A stretch of 64,000 bases of DNA from Hydrolagus affinis (Eukaryota), in the NCBI GenBank assembly GCA_012026655.1, contig JAAILG010000832.1, positions 1 to 64,000 of the forward strand. Reading direction: 5' to 3'. Both the position numbers and the translations under genes were made by a program. The notes under the pieces were generated by a model that searched no databases, was not told where the DNA came from, and was given only the letters and a program-made list of their open reading frames with translations. This document shows, one piece after another, positions 27,301 through 39,300 of this stretch. How positions within the stretch are numbered: the first letter of the stretch is position 1; each line of letters begins with the position of its first letter.

Positions 27301-30300
27301 CCTCCATTTCATCTGCATTGTGATCCTGTAGCTCTGCGGTTAGAGTACTCGTCTTACAAGTGAAAGACCTGAGTTCAATCCCAGGGCGAAACCTTGGGCA
27401 AGTTTCCTTACTCCACACAACTAATAATAATCCCTCACAAAAAAATAATAAACTGGTCATTTTAATGAAGACTGTTTGTGGGACACTGCTGTGTACAATT
27501 GGCTGCTGCATTTCGCCCACATATATACAGTTGATTCACTTTACATATATTCTGTGAACAAGGTGCTATATCAAATACAAGGATTATTATTTATTATATA
27601 GATATATAAGAACATAAGGATAAGGAGTAGGAGTAGGCCATTTGACCTCTCGAGCCTGCCTCGCCATTCAATAAGATCATGGCTGATCTTCTCACCTCAC
27701 TCCACCTACCCACCTTATCTCCATATCACTTAATCCCTTTATCCATAAGAAATCTATCAATCTCAGTCTTGAATATGTTCAAGGACTGAGCATCTACAGC
27801 CTTTTGGGGTGGAGAAATCACACACACATATATATACACATATACTGTATACTGACATTTNNNNNNNNNNNNNNNNNNNNNNNNNNNNNNNNNNNNNNNN
27901 NNNNNNNNNNNNNNNNNNNNNNNNNNNNNNNNNNNNNNNNNNNNNNNNNNNNNNNNNNNNATTTTATTATTGTGGTTTTTTTGGAGGGATTATTATTAGG
28001 CATGTGGAGTAAGGAAACTTGCCCAAGGTTTCGCCCTGACCTGCCTGGATTCGAACACAGGTCTCCCCAGCTTGGTCTCCCCAGCTTGCAAGACAAGTGC
28101 TCTAACCACTAAGCCACAGGAGCTCCACGTTTTAGATGAGTATAAGCACTAAACATACAATTCACTTTTATTTAATATTATTTATTTCTGCATTCTTTCA
28201 TTCTCAACATACTTCAGTTCTGATAAGGATAGTATAAAAAGTTTTGAAAAAGTTTTTAAAAAAAAACACAAATCAATTTAAGTGCACAACCAACTGCGAT
28301 GGTTTTCATTTCAGACAGTGACTGACTCAGAACATTTCTTATAGCAGTCAAGCTCTTGAGAATGTTATGAATGAGTCTTCCTCAAATAAATTTCATATGG
28401 GGTTCATTATGATTATCTCTCAAGCACCACCTCAAAATTTCATTTCAGTTCCTACCCTAAGTTGGTCTGCACGGAAGATATACCCACGATTTGATTTTCA
28501 TATACTGTACCTTGTATTCCAGCTCAGCAAATTTTCGTTTAGCTTCATTTAACTGAGTAACCAATCCCTTGTTCTGGGCAGAGAGATACTGCACCTTCTC
28601 CTGCAGAGCACAGGATTCTTCTTCCGCTCGACGCAGATGATTATTGTTGATTTGGTTCTGATATTTTGATTAATTAAAAAGACAAAGAAAAACATCTAAA
28701 ATTTTCATTCAGGAGACAGTGATTTGATTCACATTCTAGATGCTCTGATGAACAAATTTTCACTAAAAATGCCCCCTTTTTTTGGTAAGTAACCTAGCAA
28801 CCTCTTTCTCTGCATTTCCATCTCAGCGTTCCTTCAAAGCATTCCAGGCTACACATATGTTTCATTTTGTGCAAGTAAATCCAGTTCCGCCTCCCTACTC
28901 CCCCTAGGTTCTCCCACATCAATCAAGCATTTTTCAACCAACAGGCTGGGTGGACAACTTACTCTAAGGCATTAGTTACATAAATCAGAAGATTGAAGGT
29001 GCCCACAAATAGAATGCGATAATTGGGTTCAGTGTGCCTGGTTTAAATGAGGAAAAAAACTCAGCCAGTGTTCTCATTCTGGATTGCTATTCTGGAACAG
29101 GGAAGGAAGTTCAAATGTACGATTCTATGTAGAGTTGAATTGCACATTAACCAACATGAATTGTCATGGCTCACATACTTGAGAATGGAGAAAACTGGGT
29201 GGGCAAAAAAAATATTGTTGAGTAGGTTATATATATGACATTTGGTTTGACCTTACAAACTGGAGGAAAATAACTTAAGATCGGACCAAAAAAAATCTTA
29301 TAAAAGAAACTTTGATGTTAAAGCTTTAAGGCATTTCACCTCCCACGACCAAACATAAGGCTGCAAGCTGCAATGGATACCTGTGTTTCAAGTTCCATCA
29401 TCCTTTGCTTAATTTCTTTCACTTTAGCCTGTGTTTCAGCTTCTCTAAAACGCACTGACATCAGTTCCTCTTGCAGCTCATTAACAGGATTCTTCCGTGG
29501 TGAGTCTTTCCACCGACTGGTAGTTCTCGCTAGGTGGCGCTGCAGATAATTGGGGAAAAAATTGTAGAATTTATATAGACTCGAAAACAATAAACCTTGC
29601 ATTTGATATAGCATCTTATCCTATCTTCTAGACGTCTCAATGCGCTTTACAGAATATATTGTAAAGTGAATTGACTATATATTTTGTGGGTAAAAAGCAG
29701 CAACCAATTGCGCACAGCAGCGTCCGTGGATTGACTAATTTTTAAAAAAGAGATTATTACTCCCCGTCCATCAACTAACAAAATGGCCCCTACAAGTTTA
29801 TCAAATTACAATCTGCACCTAAGTGCTGCAAAATAAACCTTTAGAAATTAAATATTACAGTGGGAAAACCTCAGGTGTTGAATTTTCATTTTGTGAGGAA
29901 TTATATATATTTTAAAAAAAGTAGAGTTCCTATATGGGGACTCTAGCTGGAAAATTTGGAAGTTGAAATTGAAATTTTGAAACGTGAACTGAGCACTGAT
30001 ACCGCCATTAGTCTAATAAACTAAAAATTCAAGCATGAAGAATGTATAATACTTAGATGATGTTGTAGAAGGTGTCTGGTGCATGTGGAACTACAAATCT
30101 GGTCAACACATACTTCATTTGTCACTCAAATGCTTGTGTCAAATCTCGTTTAGTGATTGAATTTTTTTAAAAAGTAAACCACTGATTCCCAGCATCTAGC
30201 TCAACAAAAAGTCAAACCTTAGGCACCAAAAACATTATTAAATGCCTCTTCATTGATAAGTCAATCGAATTAACAGCAAAGGCCTGCTTCGCGATTAGTT

Positions 30301-33300
30301 CAAATTGTAATTCAAACAGTGCTGCACTGCCATCTACTGACAGAACTGATATTTGCCAACTCTTCCAGTTTTAATCACTGCATATATTGTAGTAACGGAT
30401 GGAAACGATAACCATCGGTAATTATAGATGATTAGTCCCAAACTATTTTTAGTGGAAAATTTAAAATATGTATTGTGTTTAGAACAAATTGCTTTTAAAA
30501 AACAATAAAAATAGAAATTATCCATTCAAATCTGACAGCCAAGATCACAGATTGATGTTCTGGCAGATGTTCCACCTCCAAATACAGAATGTGGGTCAAG
30601 GCCTTTATCAGCCACACAATTCAAAATGGCAGAAAACATACTGCTACAGCTCTCTCTGCAAGGTAATACTAATTAGCTAAGTTTGCTCAAACCTCATCCC
30701 AGACAAATTTCTGCATTTCCGATGCAGAAATGAATCTATGTTTCCCCTATCTTGTTCTACCTACAAGAACAGGATGGTTTGTATTGCGGAATTCAGTGGA
30801 TGCAAACAATGCTGTTTAAAAGAAATTTTTCCAAACAACGTTATTTCATCTGAGAACTGATTTTTAACAAACCGACATTTAAAAACTGAAAATGTCGGAA
30901 TTGCACAGTAGGTTAATCAGCTTTTGAAACAGAAAGATAAGATGCATGTTTCAGATAGGTTAATGTGAATCTTCAAGAAAAAAACTTTATGAGTTCTCAT
31001 AAAAGCTCAGGTGTCAAACGGGTGAGACATTAAACTGAGTTTCCGTCTCCCTGTTCAGATGGAATTTAAAGATTTGTTCTGGCCAACAATCCCCAAATAA
31101 AATTGATCATTTGATCACTTTATGGCTGTTTGTGGGACATTGTTGTGTGCAAACTGACTGCTGCAATCACATTTAAAATACACTTTATAGTAAATCCATT
31201 GAAGCGCTTGAGGTATCCTCCTGTGTGAAATGGAAAGATTATTATAATATCCAAAAATAGCAGATTTATGATGATTTCCAGAAATTGTTTAACAAAAATG
31301 TAATATATATTTGTAAAATCATCACGTGGCTCTATCTTACCTGCCAATGCTCTTCTAAGTCCTTAACTTGCTGCCTGAGTTCTTTCAGACCCATTAGTGC
31401 TTCTGCTTCCCTTAGTTTCACTCCTATAAGTTCTTCTTGCAACCTGGCCACGTTATTTTCATCAGGAAAGTAGCTATTTTTCTGTTATTGAAATGTAACC
31501 ATAAAACAATTATCAATGCAATCTTATCCACATCCGCAGAAACTACCAGGGAAGAAACTGAAATTGAAAACAAATTACATGGCTCCAAATATAACCCATT
31601 TTCAGGGTTTGCAACACCTTTAATGTTTTAATTGCTACTCATACCGTTAGATGTATATGTGTTTAATGCTGTGCGCACTCGTAATGAGAATACATTTATT
31701 TTACGTAGAGGGACAGTGGGATTGTCAGATCCCCTCATCCAAGTAATTATTAATGTATGTTATGGATCACAGAATCAAAATAAGGAAAAATAATTCCAGT
31801 ACCTTTTCCATGTCCAAGACTTTGTCTTGCATTTCTTTAAGTGCACACTGACACTCTGCTTCTCTTAGCCTTGCATGCACAAGCTCTTTCTCCAACTGCA
31901 GTACAAAATCCTCACTATAGCGTGGATTGCATTTAGGCTATTAAAAAAAATTAGAAAAATGTCAGCATTGGATACGTTTTAATTATAAATAACCAATTTT
32001 ATGTTTAGATTTACATAATAAAATTACTTTAGAAGGATTCTTTATGAAACTTGCAAAGGTTTCGATCGGTACTTCAGAAATCAATGTTAGTATTTGCAAA
32101 CTAGTACAGAAAATGCTACTCAATAAAAAAAATTACAAACTACACCTCAGTAAAGATATGCTGTATCTTAGAAATGCATTTATATAATAATTTATAATTT
32201 CAACTGAATATGCTCAATGCAATTACAAAACCAGAGATTCCACATTTAAATCACATTTGATATATCCAGATATTGCAAATTTACTTCAATATTACAAGTT
32301 GTGTATAATAGCTGCATCGACAGTGCTGAAATATATTAATGTTAGTTCCACATTGCTCAACAGATTTATGTCATATATACATATAACAGATTGACCCCAC
32401 TCCCCACCTACATATCCAATTTATCATACATCACACATACAAAGCTTGCAGCCCATGTATTTGTATACATCAATTGGTATGTGCATTCAGTTCAAGCACA
32501 CATAACAAACGGAGTGCTCACCACATACAGTGCATGAACATAAAACTTGAACAGAACAAAGACACGGTAGAACATATACAGGTGGACTTTTATGTACAAA
32601 ATACATTAATTATTTCAAACAATGGTCAATGGTACCCAATGGAAACAGTTGAATCTCGAAATCCAAAATGTAATAGGTAGCCTATTTTTGTGCTTGCCAT
32701 TGACAATAGGCAAAAACTATTTTGGTTTACCAATAAGAACATTGGGCCTATTTATGTCTTGAAACGTCTTTTAAAACTACTTTGGCACTCAAAGCTGTTT
32801 TAGTGTTGCCAAGTTACTTTTCTAAACTCTGCCCTTTCTCCTAAAAGCCATGTCTCTTGTGGAAGTACATCTGGATGGATGCTACAAGTGCCCCCACTGC
32901 CCACTATTCTGCGGATAGGATTTTGAGTTTCAGTAAACAAACACAAAGAGCATAACCAAGTCTAATTCAGTTCTCAACTAACATCCATAGCTTTTAACAA
33001 GCATCACTGGATGAGATTCAGAAGGATCCCGCATTAGAACCCTGACTAATTTAGGATCAGCCATTACACCTGTAGTGCCCACCATTGCCTTTGCCGATAT
33101 CAGATAATGCATTAATTCATTGGTCATTTCAATCCATGACTGTTTGAGGGATTGATTGGATGCTGTGTTTCGCCCACATATATACAGTCAATTCACTTTA
33201 CAGTATATTCTGTGAAGTGCTTTGAGACGTCTAGAAGAGTGAAAAGCGCCACATCAAATGCAAGTACAGTAGAAGCCCGTTTATCCGTGACCCGATCAAC

Positions 33301-36300
33301 CGTTACTTCCATATAACCGGCACCGCAAAAAATGGTCCACATTCGATAAACCGGAATCTATCCAGGAAAATGCATTTTTTGGTGTTTTGTGTTGCGTCAG
33401 TATTTTGCTACTAGGTGCCTGATGATGGTGCTAGCTCAGAATGCTGCCGGTACAGCATTCTGCAGAGTGTACAGAGGTACACTCTCCGGGTTTGAGAGAG
33501 GAGGGATAGCGAGGGTGAGTTCATTAATTTAGCCACAAAGCAGCAAAACACACACACACACAAGCAAAGCTTGCAGATCAATGCATATCACAGCCTTAGC
33601 TTTTATTTTAATAAATTTAATAAATTAATAAAAAACACAAACCCCTGCAACACATCTCAAGTCTGGTTTATTTTACAAATATCTTTAAGATAGCTTAAAG
33701 CTGGGAAGCTGCAGCGTGTATCAGGAACACTCAGCGCCTCCCCTTACCCCAGTTTGATGTTAAAAACAAATCTAACTTTAAAAGTGAAATGAAACGTTTG
33801 CTTTCAATGCCGGTCCTTGGATCATTTGGAAGGAAAGTTAGCTGAACAGTGACAGCGGGGCTGCTTTCTCAATAACACGTTTGCTTTCCTCTCCTGCCCC
33901 CAATGAGAACAGTGTCATTCAGACGTGTAACTTTTGCACTAGTTTAAATATCTCTCTGAACTGCCTGCTCGCTGTGTGTAAAATGATTATAATTATTATT
34001 CATATCATATAAATGATTATTTAGTCTATTATTAATATGTTTTAAAAAATGTAATTTTAAAAAAGTTAAATAATTTTTTTTTGTGTTAGGCTTTCTGCCG
34101 AATATCCGGCAGGCACTTTAACCGGCACTGGCCAGGTCCCGAGGTACCAGATAAACGGGCTTCTACTGTATTATTATTATTGCAAAACATTTCATGAACC
34201 CAGGGTTTTCAGTTCTTATATGGCTCAGCTCATGACATTTTGCACAATATCAACAAAGATAGTTTTGTAAAGATCAGTATTTTAAGGTATTTAATGTACT
34301 TCTGGTATTTCTGGTAATATTGAAGTATTTCTACCAGATTTATATCAAGGCAAGCCTCTACTATATTAAATATTGTTCTGGACCTGTAACTTTTCATATC
34401 ACATTACAGTATTCATTGGAGTAATTTAGAATTCATCAATTTGCTGAATTAGAATTATTGTGGCTGTCAATCAACTGTCTTGTTAAAATCATAAGTGAAA
34501 GTAGAAATCTGGCTATAGAGAGGCTGTATAACTACAGTGTGTACCAAGCCACAAAAGTGTGTGTGGATATATATGCAGGATATTCCATGTGTTAGCCAGA
34601 GAGATTTAACCATTCGCAAGCTACCCTTCACTCCCTTTTGTACAGTCGTATCATTACAAAGGTGCCACTAGAAAGGAAGATTTAATGGAATAGGAAACCT
34701 AGTAGTGTGATTTGTCTGATTCGACTGCAATCAAGCAAAGCACACTATTGAATTGAACACATTTTAGGAGTGACCAATCCACAGCCAAGACACATCACAG
34801 CAAAGGAAATTTGCAATTCAGCAAATGATAGGAAGTTCTACATAGTATCAAGTGTGGCTCATGTTAATGGGAAATTTGATATTCATTGAATATCAACTTA
34901 TGTACTTAATCATTTTATAGATTACATTCCTTGAATCTATAAAACGTACTTTCAATCTATTATTCCTGTTCACTATAATGTATTTGTTCTGTGGGAGTCT
35001 CACACACTGCCAGGATCTCGAGGACAAGCCTTGCCATTAGGAGCTTTCAGTCCCAGCAGCTGACAATTCAGAAATGTTTCTGCACGTTAGTTAGTTCTGA
35101 AACTCTCGAACCGAATCCGTTTTGGGTGTGGGACGGGTGGTTGGGGGGCGGGGAGGTGGGGAGGGAAGTGGTAAACATCCATCTGCTTAACATGGGTTAA
35201 GCCTTTCAGGGTGTTATCTTAAATGGTTCTTCTAGAAGATGTGAAAAGCGCTATATCAAATACAAGGATTATTATATTATTGTATATAACTAGGTTGGTT
35301 GATCAATTATTATTATCCTAGAGTACTGCAGGGCTGTCTGGCTGAGGGAATGGTTCCCCTCTGTCTTGGTCATACGCATTATAATGGACTCAATCCCACA
35401 GATGCCTTATTTATCGTTCCCCACCCTCAGAAAGTCATTCATTGCATCCCACACCTCATTCTCCAGGCAAGTAAACATAATTTTAAAAAATATATATTTT
35501 TTAAATAAACTTTTACTCTACAGAATTGTTCAGGCTCACATGGCAATAATACGAGCACTGACAGAACCTTTATGCTGTCACATTGGAAACTAAACATTTA
35601 TAATATTTAATATTCTGAGATCAAGTTTGAATTAGATAACAGGATATTTTACAATGATGTGATAGCCAACGTCATGATCCAATTTTACATTTTGTTCATG
35701 ATCCAATTAACACTAAAGCCATGCTACCTTGAGTCACAAATACATTTAGATTAATTAAATGAGCACAATTAACTCTCGATGGTCCTCAGAAAGTCTTTTA
35801 CTTTATCTTTAAATCATCAGTTTAACTCCTACCTAGAGACAAGTTACCACAAGCTAACTCTGATGGAGAATGCAACTATAGCCCACTACAACAACAAATT
35901 ACATTCGTATAACGCCTTTCATGCCAGGAAGGCACTGGATAGTCAGCGATTTGGAACCAAGCAGGGAGTTGGGATCAGGAGGGGTGAGAGAAAAGTGGGG
36001 ACCACACCATCAGCGTGGTCAAAAAAAGAGGATCTTAAAGGAGGGAAGGGAGGGAGCAAGGTGAAGGGACTGTGGAATGGAGTTCCAAATGCTGGAGGTA
36101 GAGAGGCTGAGGGCCAGGTAGAAGACATGGAGCAGACAGGAGCCTGCTGAGTGGAGGGAGATGACAGGTTGATATGATGTTAGCAGGTCATAGATGTAGG
36201 ACGGAGCACAAGATTAATTAAGGAAATTTATTTATAATCATACCTTTATATAATTATTTTCAGCGTGTAGAAAGCAGCCAAATTCAGTGTAAGACAATAC

Positions 36301-39300
36301 ACATGTGCCATTTAAACAAAACAATTTTTAATTTCAAATTTGATCTGCAGCAAGGCAGCCTTTAGCAATCTGTTTAGGTTATCACTGATTAATGACTAAA
36401 TGGTATCAAATCATGGACCAACCTGTGATTTCAATGCATTTCTATGATAAATTTACATCAGTATTAATCACTGCCAATAATCCCAATGGTGACATAGAAA
36501 CTGGATTTTGCACTGAACTACAAAAGGTCAGAAAATCTGCCGCTACTTCAATACCCATTCAGAAATTCAGGAAAAAGGAAAAGCACAATGTGTAAAGTAA
36601 AGGATTATGTTCCATTGCCAGAGTGAACATTAACAAAACATCAAGAGTTGAAAACACATAAAATGACATGAACAATAAGATGCAACCAAGCAAATGAAGA
36701 ATAGGAAATGTATGGTACTGCCAGCCTCCTTACCCGTTGCTCTTGGAGCTCCCTGAAGGCATTCTGAGCTTTCTCCAGCTTAGCACTAGCCTCATCACTC
36801 TGCTGTTTAATGGTGGCCAGCTCCCGTTTAATGAGGTAGTTTTCCTCTGCCTCTTGTGCCCTTGTCACTTGTCCCTTAGGACACAATTGTGCAGGGAGTA
36901 AGGATTGGTGTGGGGGAGTTCTGAAGAGATTTGTCTATTTTACATTGGTATATTAATAATGCATACCAACATTAGATTTGATTATTTGCAGACTGTTGCC
37001 CATCTCTACTGTTTAGGCAAAACAAAAACCACTTACCAATTATTTTACATGCATTTCCATTACATATATGTAGTTAGAATTAAGGCCTTGAATGAGTTAG
37101 ACGAGTTGAGTCAGTGAGGAGTTTTACATGCACTAAAATTACCAACACTCCTCAAATTATTTTTCTAACATTTGAGAATGTAATTTAACAGTCAAAGAAC
37201 TTGTGCATCTGGAATAGTTATCAATGAAAAACTATCCTATTGAATATTGATGTTTTTATTATTAAAATATCAAAACTGAATCGTATGAATTCAATTGAGA
37301 ATTTCTTCCATTAAAATTACACTGCAATGGCTTTCAATATAAATTACCTGAACATCTACTGAAATATGGAATGCTTGTATGAATTGCTACTTTTTTTTAA
37401 AAAATGTAGAGAAACCATTTTCCAGAAACACACAAGTTACCAGTTTATTTAAATTTAGTTTTAAACCAGGAAAAGATGCAAACAAAATATAAAGGGCAAT
37501 GGGCGATTTTAAATCTGGGTAATGATATTCACCCATTTTACAAGACACTGACAGGATGAGGAACTGTACCTGGATCAATCTATCTGCCAAAGAAGCACTT
37601 TCCTACAAAGGAAAAATCCAGACAGGTATAAGAAAAAGACCAAGGAAACAGTAAACATAAAAGAGGTAGTGACAAAATAAACTGTAAAACCCAGAAGAGA
37701 AACTCTATGAAACTTCTGGACGGTGCTGAGGCCTATTCAAATCACTCCTCCTTGAAAAGACCCAAATCATTTTCTTTTTATTGCCAATTAAGTTTACGTT
37801 AATGCAAGGAGGTAGAAACTGAAGAAGGGCCTGTGTGACATGTCCTGTAGCTAGTTTTAGCAAATCACAGAGGTGTTTGCCCAGCAGTAAAGAACTAAAA
37901 ATTGCAAAGCAAAAAGAGTTATCCACTCCAAAATATTATGCACAAGGATCAGTTGTACTTTGTACAGCAAGCTTCATACCAACCATGCTGTAGTTAGAAA
38001 CTATTAATTCAATCATACGCTAAGAAAAACTTCTTATAAAAACAGGTACAGCAAAAACTTTCAACCACTTCTTTGCAAGAACAGTTTTTTTTAATGTTCC
38101 AATTAACTTTAAACTACAGCGCATTAGTACTCACAATTTTAGTTCTCCATTTTCCAATGCAGCTTATAAAACTAACCAAAGCAAAAAAGCATTCAGCAGA
38201 TCATACCCATCATGCAGCTATTTAGAGAAACGTATGTTATTTTGTCTAGAAAAAAATGTCACTACTTGAATTCCACCGTAAGACGTACAAAACCAGCAAT
38301 ACTGCATTTTTGGAACTCATTCACTCTCTACACTGCCACTTATAATACAATTTATTACATAAATCTGCTCAAGGGTCAGTTCATGACACAGATCATTGAA
38401 GCAAAGTACAAATTAATACAGTTAAGTGCAATATTTTAATGATATTAAATTTAGAGAAACTTAAACACAAACTTTGCAGCATAAAATTGTAAGACAGTTT
38501 AGTCCACAATACTGGGCAAAACGATCTCTGTATAATATGGGTTGCATCTACTGTAAACACCTAGAAGTAGAATTATTCCATCCAGAGAAGTGAAGTAATA
38601 AAATCGCATTAAAGATCACAATAAATTAAACAAGTGCTGGAATTTTATCCATCAATAATAAACATCAAACCATATTTTAGATTGCTTTTACTATTTGAAA
38701 TTAAACAGTTGTCAGTAAATAATAACAGTAAATAATATAAATACACAAGCTAGAAAGGATAAAATGGAATGCACATTTCTAGAATGGATAAAATCCAAGT
38801 GCAAACATGGTGCACTAGTTGGTTGGACCAAAAATATTGTCCCGCACATATTTGGTGAAGAAAGTCTTTGTAACTTAGAATCCAAAATTGTGCGTGTTCT
38901 GTAATTTAAAACATTTACTCTGGATGCCCTATTCTTAGCTGGTGCTATTAAATATAATATAGACAAAGTTACTGTATTTAAAACAGTAAAATTGACAAAA
39001 AAGTAAAACTTGCCAACACAGCTAGAAAGAAAATCAGATAAACATTATAAAATCTTCAGATTTAAACCTGAAACCTGTAACAATGTGATTAAAACATCCT
39101 AAAAAGCACCAGATTCATTCTTCTCACTCTACAGGACGAAAACAAACAATCAATATTGGACAAAGATACTACTTTTTTCCCCAACTTAAATACCTTTTGC
39201 TCATCATGCATTTGTTAAATCCAGTGTGTTCCCCTGCCAAATATTAATATGTAATTCAGCCAAGCATAGTTAGTAAAGAAACCAGCTAGCTATATTGTTG

